Below the pieces are notes generated by a model. The model was not told the origin of the DNA, did not search any database, and was given only the letters and a program-made list of their open reading frames with translations. From Syncephalis fuscata S228 (lineage: Eukaryota > Fungi > Zoopagomycota), in the NCBI GenBank assembly GCA_025786725.1, contig JAHLTZ010000021.1, positions 372,001 to 436,000 on the forward strand: DNA of 64,000 nt, given 5' to 3'. Shown here in pieces: positions 35,698-49,182 of this stretch. How positions within the stretch are numbered: position 1 is the stretch's first letter; each line of letters begins with the position of its first letter. The position numbers were made by a program, and so were the translations under genes.

Positions 35698-37488
35698 ATG
35701 ACTTGTATGTATCGTCGTTGGTATTTACAATCACTTTGTTGTCGTTCATTACAGGTGTCTACATCATTTATTAATAACTTACGCACTACAATCGACACTT
35801 GCATACAAGTCGTCGGTGTAGCAATGAATCAATACTGACTAAAGAAGCACCGACTCCGCTGACACGCCAACTGCAAACTCAAATTAAAGTAAATAATTTA
35901 CACGTAACTTTATCTATCTATCATTAATAATATCAACTTTATATATATATATATAGGCTACAGGTCCATTAACTGTGGCACAATTTATGCGACAAGCACT
36001 AACCCATCCACAATATGGATATTATATGAAAAGAGATGTATTTGGACAACAAGGTGATTTTGTTACATCACCCGAGGTCAGTCAAATGTTTGGTGAGGTT
36101 AGTAAATGTTGATTAATTAATCATTAATCATTAATCGTTAATCATTAATGTTATAAAGTTACTAGGTGTATGGTTAATTGCCCAATGGCAACAACAACAA
36201 CAAATATCAACCAATTCATCATCGGGTATTCGTTTAATTGAATTGGGACCGGGACGTGGTACATTAATGTCGATATACTACGTGTAAGTAGTTAGCCAAC
36301 TAGTTGATTATACTAAATAACAACATTTATAATATTATAGATTTCTAAACGATTTCCGGCATTTCGACAAGCCATTACGGGTATTCATCTTATAGAAGTT
36401 AGTCCAGAATTACGTCAAATACAACGTGGACGATTATGTTCAGCCTCTTCATCGTTGGAATCCAATGCTGTACATGGTACAGAGAATATACCTGTTTATT
36501 GGCATGATACATTTACTGATTGGACAAAGAATGGTAAATAGATGTTATTACGGTTAAAGTAATTTAATTCTTGTCAGTAGATACTTTTAGTAATGATAAA
36601 CCATGGATTATTGCTCATGAATTCCTAGATGCCTTACCTATTCAGATATTTGAGGTATCATATGATTAATACCATGTTAACTATATTAACCATATTAATG
36701 TTATTGATTAGAAAACTGGTTATGGCTGGAGAGAAGTCTTAGTGGATATAGATGCCAGTAATACATCGTAAGTTATTTTTAATTCTAACTATTACAATTC
36801 TAATAGATCTAAATAGAGCACAGCATTTCCGACTTGTTCTTGCTCCTAGTGTCACGCCTAATGTTCAACTATTTGCTTCTAATGCTAACTATGCCCGTTT
36901 ACCAATTGGTTCGCGTATTGAAGTGTCACCTGATGTATGGCAATCTCTCATACAATGGCACAAATGGTAAAGGAGCGTGAAGGTTTAGCTCTACTAGTTG
37001 ATTATGGCAATGACTTTAATAAACCAAATACATTACGTGTAAGTTTATTTATTTATATTTTACTTATTTATTTATTCATTTATTTATTCATTTAGGGAAT
37101 TCGTCATCATCAATTCTATGATCCATTAAGTCAACCAGGTGACACGGATTTAAGTGTTGATGTTGATTTTTCATGGGTACGACAAGCAACACATGATTTG
37201 GGTAAGTTCACGTATTAGTAACAATGAAAGGCTGTTAATTCAATTGGCTTATTAGTGAATGTATTTGGACCAATTACTCAGCGTGACTTTCTACATCGAA
37301 TGGGCATTGAGACTCGATTAAGTATGTTACAGAAACGAGCATCGGTAGAACAGCGTGCCTTGTTATCCAGTGCGTATCAGCGCTTAACTGATCCAGTGGC
37401 CATGGGAACAACATATAAATTTATGGCCTTGACACCTAAATCAACCGATTCAGATGTCAAATCATCGATACCAATAGCATTTGAATAA
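35698..37488 (+). CDS. NDUFAF7: Mitochondrial arginine methyltransferase NDUFAF7/MidA, multi-exon, with three apparent 1-nt gaps
   Basis: TGPLTVAQFMRQALTHPQYGYY, GDFVTSPEVSQMFGE, LIELGPGRGTLM, IAHEFLDALPI, LLVDYG, PGDTDLSVDVDF, GPITQRDFLHRMGI, MGTTYKFMA. Confidence 0.92.
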
Positions 37489-37550
37489 TATTAATAAAAT
37501 AATAATGGTAATAAAATGATAATAGTAATAATAGTAATAGTAATAATACA

Positions 37551-40500
37551 CTAAGAATCACTTCGTCGACGTGTACTAGGTGTTAGTAAATTGCGGGGAA
37601 TAGACAAGATACGACGAATATAAATAAACAACAGGGCTATTAACCAAAGACCATAAGCCGCACCTATTTACATTATATTAATATTATGACAATATACCAA
37701 AGTAACTATTAACTTACCGGCCAGTACATACGATACAAATAGATAAAATACATCCATCCAATAACTATGGTGAGATGTAATAAATCGTTGATGTTCATCA
37801 ACTAGCATATTTAACTAATCATATTACGTTAGTAGACTAGTTCTATATATACATATACATATATACATATACAAATTATTATTACCTGTTGAAAACATAA
37901 ACTACTCGTTTGTGATAAACTATTAATACGCGACATAGCATCTCTTGTATGATTTGTTAATCTATTATTACAAGTAAACACAATTGACTCTAATAATCGT
38001 AATACAATACTGACCGTTGTCTATAGTCGGATACTTCATGTAGTTGTCCATGAACATCAGCATGACGAGAATTTAATCGGTCAATAAGCGTGTATACTGA
38101 AGCAGAACGATTTGATTTATCTCGTGCCAATGCCAAAGAGGTATTATTTTTATTAATATAATACTCTAATGGCTTCATATCATTACGATAAATCGTCTTT
38201 GTAATAATAACAACAACAATAATGATTGTCATTAGTTAAAGTATTATAATAGCGTAATTATCAGCTTACAGAATAGTGAGCATTGAATTCTTTAATATCA
38301 TCCTCGTCCGACTGTACTTGCTTGACCAATTCACCAAATTCACCAAATCTATCATCTATAAGTATAATTATAAACAATAAATATAGTAAATAACCTACAT
38401 TTTACGTTGAGATTCCAACAATGTAATATCCAACTCAACCAAAACATCTATACAATATTAGTAAATAATCAACTTGTTCTTTAGAGTTTTAATACCTTGA
38501 ATAGATACAAGACGTAACATTCGAAAATAGTTATCATGTGTTTCTATCCATCATATAATTAGTAAACAATCGTAAATGTTAAATAGTAACTTACCACGTT
38601 CATAGAATCGAGCAAATAATCTTGAAACCCGTTCAGACATAACAGCTTTTCTGAATTCTTCTGGATCATTTAATGATTTGGCACTCATAGGCACAGCATA
38701 AGGATCAATGGCTGCCTCCAACGCTATTAATCATTCATATATATATATATGAATATATATAAATATAAATATTACGTTAATTAAATGATCATTCATTGAT
38801 CGTATCTTCATTTTATTACCTTGATTCCAAGAAAGACGTCGATCAGCAGACATAAACTGCAATCGAGGAAAGTTAGGTGCTTGTCGATCCGATAACGCTT
38901 TCCGTGCCACTTGAGCCAGTGTGGATTCAACAACATCACGTGTATCGACCTAAATGAATAAGTACGTGTATTTATTAATGAAATTTAAATAACTTACTAG
39001 TGATTTAGGTGAAGGTTTAACCGGTGGTTCAAGCAGTTCATTAGATGATAATTTATGTTTATTAAGTTGCGATATTGACTTGTGTTTTGTTGCTATGGTA
39101 TGATTACTATGGTTGCTGTTATTGGTATTAGTGGTGGATCGTTCAGGTACAGTAGACAAATCACACTCTGATGCTGAATCAACATTGGATGTAGTAGCAT
39201 TAGAGGCATGTTCTGTACTCGATTCAATATCGCCACCAATACTTGTCTAGTGTACCATTAGTATTTAATTATTATGATTACTATTACCCTAGCATTACAA
39301 ATACTTACTCGTTTTTTACGGGAAATGGCTTTGCGTAATGGATTCTTTAAACGGGCCTGAGTCCATACATTTTTAATTTCTTTGGCAATAGTCCGTCCAC
39401 GTCTCAACAAATGTGAATCAGATGTTACTGAGCGTGTATCGTCATGATCGTTATCCTCATAGTGTATTTGCGGTATGGCTTCTCTATGGTAATCCGTATG
39501 GCGCTGTCTCACTGTACTGTTATGCTGTGCAGCAAATGGTAGACTTGTATCCACTTGATGTCCTGTTCTTTCAATAGGTGGTGTCATTTGCTGACTACCA
39601 TCATGACTATCAAATGGTGATGGAATAGTTGGTAGTCTAGGCGATAATGGTCGACTTGAGTCAGGAAATTGGTCAGAACGCGGTGAACCTGTCCATGATG
39701 CAGCACGGGCATGCATCATTCGTTCTCCTTGTTGTTCACGTATTCGATTCAGTGGATTATAATTACTATCGGCCATTTGGGCATACATGTTTTCATATCG
39801 TCCTTTTAGATCTGCTTTACATCTTTCACTTCGATCCCATGTGGCATCTGATATGTGCATATCTTGTTTATCCTCTGTAGATACTAAATAACCACAATAG
39901 GTTATTAATATTGCCATATTATTATTATTGCAGTATTTAATCAGTATAATACGATTAACCTACCAGTATAAGGGGATACAGGACGGGCTCTTCGTATTGT
40001 CTCGCTTAAAGATCGACCTTCAAGTAGAGATGCATCAGGTAGACGTAGAAATGAGGCATCGCCTTGAGATCCATTCACCATACCATTGGCACGCCGTTGT
40101 TCTGCATGTCCACGTGTCATACGTGATAGCTCCAATACATCTTCATCTTTTACTGATGACAACAGTGACTGTAACTGATCTTCATCGTTATCATCTCCTC
40201 CATCTTCTAGATCTTGTTGGTTATTATCAACTAGACTGGTGCTTTGCACATTGAATATGCTTTGGGTGTTTGGTCGAATATTAGGCTTTTGTTCTTTAGC
40301 TGTGTGATAGCGTGGTACATTGCCTGCTGATAGTTGTTTACGATCTAAAGGGGCCGATGATAATGGCACTGCCGAAAGACTTGACGTTGATCGATGAAAC
40401 ATAGCATCTGAAATAGCTAATAAATACATAGGATTAATTAGTCATTTACAAACTAATATATATATATATATATATAAATAGAGGCTTACCAGGTCTATTT

Positions 40501-40931
40501 TGAGAAGGTGCTACCGGCGTTGTATCCTCTTCAGTTAAGCCATATCCATGTGACACGCGATTTATCCAGTCTGCATTCATAACGCGCCGTGTTTCTGCCA
40601 CCCAAGCCGCTACTTGTGAGTGCCGCTTACCTGGTGTTTCGGACCGCATTTCTCCCGCTGCTGCTGGCGGCAAGGCCGTAGGTGTGGCCAATGGGCTTTT
40701 GGGCCCAGAACGTGTGCGATCATGCATAGTACGACGAGCAACTGAAGAACCAAGTATACCGGGAGAGCCGGGTGCTTCTGGTACTGTTGGAACACGACTC
40801 GTATTTAGCGGTAGATAGAGTCGCGGTTGTTGACGTCTAGTTGCTAGGCCGCCAATGGGTTCGTCTGGTGAATCGTGACGATGGCGACCATCGGTCATCA
40901 TTAACTTGTTTTGTCCTGTATCACGCTCCAT
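37551..40931 (-). CDS. Multi-exon disordered/coiled-coil protein with C-terminal TM helix, possibly Mtc4-like
   Basis: Consistent exon chain; motif RSERCKADLKGRY...YNPLNRIRE recalls the Mtc4 YNPL..IR motif; C-terminus FYLFVSYVLAGAAYGLWLIALLFIYIRRIL. Confidence 0.5.
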
Positions 40932-41542
40932 TAATAAACAATAAGCTGCTAGTACTGGTTAGTTGATAGGACCGGCAGCAACACTGCCGTAACAGTGGCC
41001 CAGATAGGAAATAGCAGCTGTAGTTATTAAGAGGAGAGAATGTTGTAGCGATGAAGCCAATCGCAGTAAATTTGAAATAGAGGCTGGTCAATAATAAACC
41101 GTTGACAAAGAATAGTTTGACAAGAGTACAAATAGAATTGAAATGCAAAGAACGAAAAGCGCATATACTCACAAGAATGGATCTAATAGCTGTTGGAACA
41201 AATAGATAGGAACAAAAAGTGAAACGAGTATTGTGTAATAAACAAACTATATATATATTTATAGATAGAGATAAAGATAGAGATAGATAGATAGATACAT
41301 ATCTCGAGCCACCTTGTCCTGTTCACACTGTTATTTGCTCTTCCACGTGCGTAAATAAGACTGCACGTGTCAAGTAGCGCTAATAAATACAGAATGTAAA
41401 AGTAGAAATGAATAAAAAGATAACATTATTAATGTTTTTCATTGCTTGGCATAGTAATTAATATAAGCCATTTTAGTCAAATCGGACTATAAAATAAAAC
41501 ACTTTTTATTTATTTATTTAATTGACTGCTTATTTATTCAGC

Positions 41543-44500
41543 TTATTGTTCACCACGACGGCGTTTACGTTTAAGGACTTTTGCATCATGAATAGCCGAC
41601 GTTTTATCAATAGTGGGTAATGCATCTTTTTCTATCATATTATACTATATTAATGCATAGTTAATTAATAAAGATGATTATAACTTACGGTCAGCGTTTA
41701 GTAATCGTTCGGCCAAATCTCTAACAACACCGCTAGTTAAATAGCGGCCAGATGAACCGCGCGGTACTAATGACTGTGATAGCATTTGGTCAAGTTGTTG
41801 TTTCAATTTCTGAACCTTGGCCTTTTGGCGTGCTTGTTGTTCAATGCTTTCTTCGTTATCATCATCGGCAATATGGCTAGCTCCACCTTTTCGTTTAGTA
41901 TGGCTATTTATATTAAGTAATATCAATCAGTATTATTACCCTATGAATCCATTATGACTACTTACATTGTATCGTCCAATTCAATATCCATCATTTCAGC
42001 ATGTTTAATTAGCCATTCATCATCGTGTCGACGCTAAATAGCCACCACAATTGATTATTAACTAAACTCTTCGTTTATATAAATAATTACCTTTTGTACT
42101 GAATGTTCTTGTTTATCAATTTGTTTAGCTAATTGGATTCGCTTTTTTAATTCAGCTACAATAATTTGATCGACAGGAAATTCTGGAATACCATTGTCTA
42201 TATTGAATAATAGCAATATTAGATTCTACACAGTAAATAAATCTAATAGCCTACGCTTCTTTAATACTTGACATAATTTACGATAACTCGTTAATTCATC
42301 GGGACTACATAACATGGCACTAATGCCTTCTCGACCAGCACGTGCTGTACGTCCACTGCGATGTACATAAATCTAATAAATATGTAAAGTTAGAGATGCA
42401 ACGATGATCATTTTGCATCTTACCTCTCCTGAACGTGGTAGCTGATAATGAATAACATGTTCTACAAATGGAATATCTAAACCACGTGCGGCTACATCAC
42501 TAGCAATTAAAACGGCTCGTTCATCAGACTTGAATCTATTATTGTTCAGTGAAGTACATGATTAATATCTATATATATATATATTATATTTATACAATAT
42601 AACGATAGCTTACCGATCTACATTCTTTAAACGCTGTCTTTGTTGCATCTGGGCATGTAATCCATAGACATTAATACGTAGTAGTTTGAATAATGGCAAT
42701 ATACGGCGGATGCAGTCAATACTATTAGTAAAGATTAAAGTTCGGCCTGGATATCGGCATAAAAAGTAGTACAAATAAAGATCCTAATAAAAACAATAAT
42801 GACAATGCTTAATTACACTATACTATATTACATTACATTATATTATCTATTTTATTTACCTTATCTTCTTTTAAGCAGTCAATGCGTACTTCAACAAGAC
42901 TTTCAGCTACTGCTTCGGCACGAGTAACATCAACAACTTTTGGTTCTGCACTACTAAATTCAATTCGATCCAATAGATTTTCTAATAAATAAAGTATTAG
43001 ATAATTAAGTTATAGTTAATAAGCCACTTACGTAGATTTGCTTCACTGGCTTTAGCAGAACTTTCCGCCTTTTTCTGATTCTTTGCACCACGTTTATGTA
43101 ACTGTAAGTTATGATTTAAAGTAGCTGAAAAGATAAACGTTTGTCGACGAGATGGTCGTTTATCTAAATAGGCCCATAAGCTACTAGTCAATCTATTTAT
43201 TGCATTTCGACTTACGTTTAGTTTCAGCATCACTGGATGCCACTTTATCAGAAGCATGCCATTCACTTGTTCTATTATTTTAATTAGAATGATTAGTCAA
43301 AAGCATTACATTGTTAATTACATACTTTTCTTTAAGAGAAATAGCAGATAAAATAAATTCTAATTCTTTAAAATGACCTGATTCAAGCATACGATCTGCT
43401 TCATCCAATACTAGGAAACGTAAGCGACGAATATGGGCTCTATAATCATCGTTCTAATTTTGTTATTATTAGTAGTAGTATAAGTATTAATAAAATACAT
43501 ATACATATATATATATATATATATGTATGTTATTACACTACTTACTTCTGACATAATTTCCCATAATCGACCAGGAGTAGCTACCAAAATATCTGGATGT
43601 TGCTTAAGCATTCTTTCCTGCTTCTGTACTGACATGCCACCAACAATCACTGCCACCTAATCCAGCATTACTATTATCTATACTATGCAGCTATAGTATC
43701 CAAATACTTACTTTGACAGACAACTGTTGAGATACAGCAACTAAATGATCTTTTACTTGAATGGCCAACTCGCGTGTTGGTGCTAGAATCAATGCACTCA
43801 AACCACGACTTCCTCTTGCTTCCAAGTCAGGTAATTTGGCCAAATACTGAAGAATTGGCAATCCAAATGCCAATGTTTTACCCGATCCCTATAATTAATC
43901 AATTAATTAAGATATAAATAACTCCTAATCTATTTATATAAATTACAAACCGTTTCAGCTGCTCCAATAATATCCTGTTTCTTGAGCGAGAATGGCAAAG
44001 TTTCTGCTTGAATTCTTGTAGGCTGTGTATAACCGAGAGTTTTCAACGTTTCAACTAGTGGCTGTACTAATCCCAAATTGTCCCATGCTGAACCATCTTC
44101 TAATTATATTAACATTAACCGCTTAGATATCTATACTATTAATTACCTGCAGTAGTCTTTGCTGAGCTATTATTGGCTTCCTTTGCTGTTTCGTATTCGT
44201 TGGTAGCTTTCTTCGTTTTAGTTTTATTCTTCGTTGTATCTGGTTTCTCCGTATTTTGTTCATGATTTGCAACCACCAATGGCTTAGTCTTTGGTTTCTT
44301 GGAAGGCACTGGCTCAGCCTCTTCAACAAAATCATCAATGTGTATAAATCCTTGCATCTCTTCCTCAGTCAATGGTGTTTCATGCTGTGCCATTAATGAT
44401 ACATTATTTTTGGTGTCACTTTTGGTGGATCGTGCCTAATAAAAGTATTAATATTTATATCTCTATTATTCTATACACCACTTACTTTGAATCGACAAAC

Positions 44501-44767
44501 TCTTCCCGTATTGTCATCGCCTTCCCATAAACATTCAACGTCATCTACTTCTTCTAAACATAAGAAACCTCCTAGATTGTCATCTCCGTGAATAATACCA
44601 CTGGGGGCAGTTACTTGTTTCCAAGACAAATGGCTGCCTCCAATGAATTCACTAGACGTTGTCTGTTGTTCATTACTGGCTGCTTGTTGTTCGTTATTGG
44701 CCATTTGTTCGCGAGCACGTTTTCCAGGCCCACGCTTTTTACGTGAACGCTTACGTTCCGCCTGCAT
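41543..44767 (-). CDS. MAK5: DEAD-box RNA helicase Mak5/DDX24, multi-exon
   Basis: Q motif (GYTQPTRIQ), [81 protein letters not shown], and the family-typical N-terminal [12 protein letters not shown]. Alternative ATG at 44800. Confidence 0.92.
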
Positions 44768-45410
44768 TGTATCATTCTGCGTGTTCAAAACAGCTACCAT
44801 TATAATAGATGATAATAAAGTTAAAAGAACCAAGGTTAAAAAAAAGAAAAATTAAAACAAATATCAAACTGATTTGGCCCTCGTTAATGGTATTATTTCG
44901 AGTCATTTTCACTCTCCACTCTACAACAGCAAAGTTGAGTGCTTCATGATTTGCACTTAGCAATGGATGAGACACACACACGCACATAGTAACTCGCGTT
45001 GCATCTAGCATCACTTTGGTAGGGGTAAGCCGTTTACTTGCTAGTGATAGGTTCCTTTTTTACTCCTTGTGCACTCTCTCCTCTCCTTTCAGCGCGTTCG
45101 AGGTTTAACATTGGTGTTACTAAACAGTTTTCGGTCAAATCAACTCACAAAGGATGCATCCCGGGTAGACAACTCCGCCCCGAAACTATTTTAATAACTC
45201 ACTCTCCGCCACTCTTTTAACTGTTGTTCTCCTATTGTTCCCCACTTACACCACTGCTACTTGCTTACCACTGACTCATCTGGCCTCCCTGCCCACCTAT
45301 TATCGCTGCCACTTACACTGCTTAACACTGCTTGCATAGCAACCTTTTCTTTTTTCTATTCGTTGGTTGAAACCCGTTTGCGCAAACTACATTGATTTAC
45401 AGTTGCCAAA

Positions 45411-46876
45411 ATGTTGATGAAAGAGTATCGCGTCGTAATGAACTGTACTGAAGAGGAGTACCAGGTTGGCCAGCTATATGCTGTGGCCGAACAGAGCAAG
45501 GAAGAGACTGGCGATGATGGCGATGGTGTCAAGGTCGAAAAGAACGAGCCTTATGACAATCCCGAGCAAGGCAAAGGTCAATACACATACAAGATTTACT
45601 ACTTGACCAAGTAAGTCACTGGGCCGGTAATGGCGGTAACGGCAACAGATGACCACTTGACGCGAAAAGTGACACGAAAGGCCATCATATCATTTATGAA
45701 TAGCCCCATTAGGTCATGTGGCGACAGTCTTGCATCGGACATCGGTTATAGATGTCTGTATGCGTGTGCAACGTGCTGGTGTGCATAGCATCTGTTTGCT
45801 CCTATCTATGCACCATTAGTCACATGTCTACGACAAGGCATAGATGCATTCTGGATAGTATGTGGACAGACAAATACTAACGATATATGTGTGTACACAT
45901 AATAGTAAAGTACCTGGATGGGTTCGTAAATTGGCACCGGCTGGTGCTTTGGAACTGTACGAAGAGGCCTGGAATGGTTATCCCTACTGCAAAACTAGTA
46001 AGTGGCGTGTGTTTCTACATTATAGACAAATGTTAATTATAGATGATTAACACGCTTATTCACCGGTTAATAGTTCTTACAGTAAGTCATTCAATGCTTT
46101 AATAGATTGTATATTTATTATGCTTTATAAATAGAACGGTTACATGAAGGATAACTTTAAATTAATCATTGAGACCCAGCATGTTGGCAATAGTCGTGGT
46201 GAAATTGAAAATGTAAGTAATTGTAGTATATACACACATATATTATAGCACAATCTAATAAATGTTATTATTATAGGCACTTAATCTTACGCCAGAACAG
46301 CTAAAGACACGTCAAGTAGAGATATTAGATATTGCCAATGAAAAGGTATCCAAAAAGGATTACCGTGAGGATCAAGATCCAACCAAATTCAAGAGTGAAA
46401 AGACCGGACGTGGTCCACTTACCGGTGACTGGATTGTAAGTTAATGAATGCTTTATTCCAATATATATATATATATAACCAACTATTAAATAGGCTACAG
46501 TTGATCCAGTCATGACATGTTACAAACTGGTTACAATTGAATTCAAATGGTTTGGACTTCAAGGCAAGGTGGAAAGTTTTATTGCTGAAGTACGTAACTA
46601 GCTTTATTTAATAATGCAAAACACTAATAATTTTATTTATTAAACTATATTATAGTCTGTTCGCACACTGTTCGTCAACTTTGGGCGTAAACTCTTCTGC
46701 TGGACCGATAAATGGTACGGCATGACTATGGACGACATTCGTGCACTTGAAGAAAAGACAAAACATGATTTGGATGAAGTAAGTATATGTATTAAGATAT
46801 ATATATTGTACAATAATCTAACTGTATTGATCTATAGAAACGCAAGGCAAAGGATGCTGCTGCCTCCTCCTCTTAA
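45411..46876 (+). CDS. Class I phosphatidylinositol transfer protein (IP_trans/START fold, PITPalpha/beta type)
   Basis: [113 protein letters not shown]. Confidence 0.93.
46074..46081 (+). other. 8-nt microexon of the PITP gene (TTCTTACA)
   Basis: Flanked by TAG| and |GTAAGT; needed to keep the frame and give [15 protein letters not shown]. Confidence 0.85.
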
Positions 46877-47190
46877 TGACCAGTTATAATACATTTATCT
46901 CATGATAATACGTTGTGTGTAATGACTTTATAGACGTGTAAAGCAGTGACACATTTCTCTTGGACCATTATAGTGGGCGGACCAATTCATTATTATCATC
47001 ATTAACACATCAACATCTATTGATTTTTTTCAAATACATCTTTACTTCCGAATATTTGATTTTATTATTGCAATTTATGCAATTAATTACGACTGTTATA
47101 GTCATCCATGTAACCGTGTAATGCAATGATTGTTAAACCAGACTAATAGCATTGTAATATATGCGGTTTAGTTATCTATTTATTTATAAG

Positions 47191-48763
47191 TTAATAGGAC
47201 AGATCAATGACGGTATGGCCATCATCTTGGTGTAAAAGCAATGCAATCATTGTATTATATACAAATCCTATTTCTGTGGATTGAGTTGTATCGTTTATAC
47301 CCAGTGGCTTACTACGCTTTAGATTGATTAAATCAAGCATTACATATGAGTGCCATTTGTTTGATTTGCATAGCATAATACCTAGGATGTGACAGCTATT
47401 TTTGTTTAAATAGTTTTGTGTATTTGGCAAAAAGTGGCGTAGTAAGATGGGCTTTAATGTTTTGTTTGTAATATGTGACTTGATCGTGCCATCTATTAGA
47501 CTGTAAATGGTCCAGTCATTATTTACCATAATCAATACTTAACTTTAGAAAAGAGCAACTAATCGTTTAGTATCAATTGATTGTGCCCGAAGCGGCTTGT
47601 GGCCAGCGATAGAAGTTGCTGAATCAGTCTGTGTGGGCTGTGTTGAAATTAAGACTGGATTTAATGATTGACCATCAGTTACTTAATTTTTGGTTGAGAA
47701 AAAGACTTCATGCGCATACTGAAAACGAGTACAGGATTGTTGTCGAGTCGTCGAATTAAACTATAGGCTTTCACGCCACAAGCAATTGTGTACTCTCCTC
47801 GTAATAGGCACCGAGGACTATCATTAAGCTGGGTGACGGAGAATTGCCAAACACTCCAGCGTAGGCGGTCTGTTTCGCCAATAATTTTATTTGCACTTTA
47901 AAAAACAGTAGCTGTAGTCTCGGTGACGCGCTGTATGAAGAATGTCTTTTGGATACTTTCGACATTTCCTAAGCACATACGACGTGTAACGGCATTGAAT
48001 ACCCGCACTGTTTTAGTGCTTCGTAGCAATCGTCGATCTTCCTTCGTTCTAAATAACAAATAAGAATCCAACGGCCACGAATAGAGATACTTTTACTAAA
48101 GTAACTACTAAGCTGACACGGTGGCACAAATGCCATTTGACGTATTGGCCAAATAAAATATTTGACTTGCATTGCTTGTATATTCTTCTGTGGCAACTGC
48201 AAATCTATCTGATACGTCAAGTGTTTGTATTCTAGTTTTTGGGTCAATATTACTGTAGCATACTTTACGTAAACGCCAAAAGCGATGTTTGCTTGATTTT
48301 CCTATGGATCGGCATTGTTCAATAACGCCACAATCACTTATTGTATCTGTGGTATAGGGCATCCATTGAAGTACTGCTACACGCGCGTTGTTAAATGTGC
48401 TAGTTATCACTTTATGTAGCAAATTCAGTCTATCCTTGAACCAATTTGCTTCAGTGCCACTTCGATGGCAAAACGCACGAAATCAATTAATATTATCATC
48501 ATTCAATCGTGTAATGTTAATGGTTTGCTTAATTGACAATATTAGTTGTCCAGATAGCTGTAATGTACGGATATATCATACCAGCCATTGCACTTTTATA
48601 TCGTTTTTCAGCAAGTAGCGTTTGTGATATCTTTGTCACCAAAAATACTGCTGCAAACTAATACAGCTCCACAGCCAGGGACAAGACGAAGCAAATAAAA
48701 CAAGTAACTTTTTGTCAACAAATACTATAAGGCGCCCAACAACAAGTACAAAATATACTTTAT
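47191..48763 (-). pseudogene. Decayed third member of the F-box-like family
   Basis: Homologous blocks (VFVDKKLLVLFASSCPWLWSC, FRAFCHRSGTEANWFKDR, CGVIEQCRSIGKSSKHRFWRLRKVC, SIRGRWIL, WTIYSLIDGTI, GHTVIDLSY*) interrupted by TGA stops and frameshifts; start codon ATG>ATA. Confidence 0.88.
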
Positions 48764-49182
48764 ACTCAATAAAAATACTAATTAAATGGCCAAAAGCCAG
48801 TGCGCGTCATCATCTTTAGTGCACTTATACGATGTGTGACAGTAATTAGATTTCGGCCAACTCAACATCTTCATTTTTGTGACCAATATAGCTATAGTGG
48901 ATGCTAGATTGACTTGGATTTGCCGCGATATGTTATAATTACAATAATGTGTAAATTGGTATATTTACTAACATATGCCATGTACCTTGATGTTTAGCAA
49001 CTATACATCAATAGAAAATAAGCATAATTATATAATCTTAACTTATACATTAATTCTACGACTTGTGTTATTTATATTTTATATATTTGTATCTATTCAA
49101 TTATACAAACTTTTATTATTAAACATATGGTTTTATTTATATAATCAATTCATCACAAAAACAAACTATAAATAATAGTCTT

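Noticed and set aside
40921-41172. 83-aa hydrophobic ORF upstream of the MTC4-like gene, and short ORFs at 26845-27243 and 48975-49175
   Set aside because: AT/pyrimidine-rich UTR or intergenic sequence, some with non-ATG starts, and no family signal.
45717-45726. TGTGGCGACA matching the LTR 5' end inside PITP intron 1
   Set aside because: Only 10 nt match, with no further LTR similarity or TSD.
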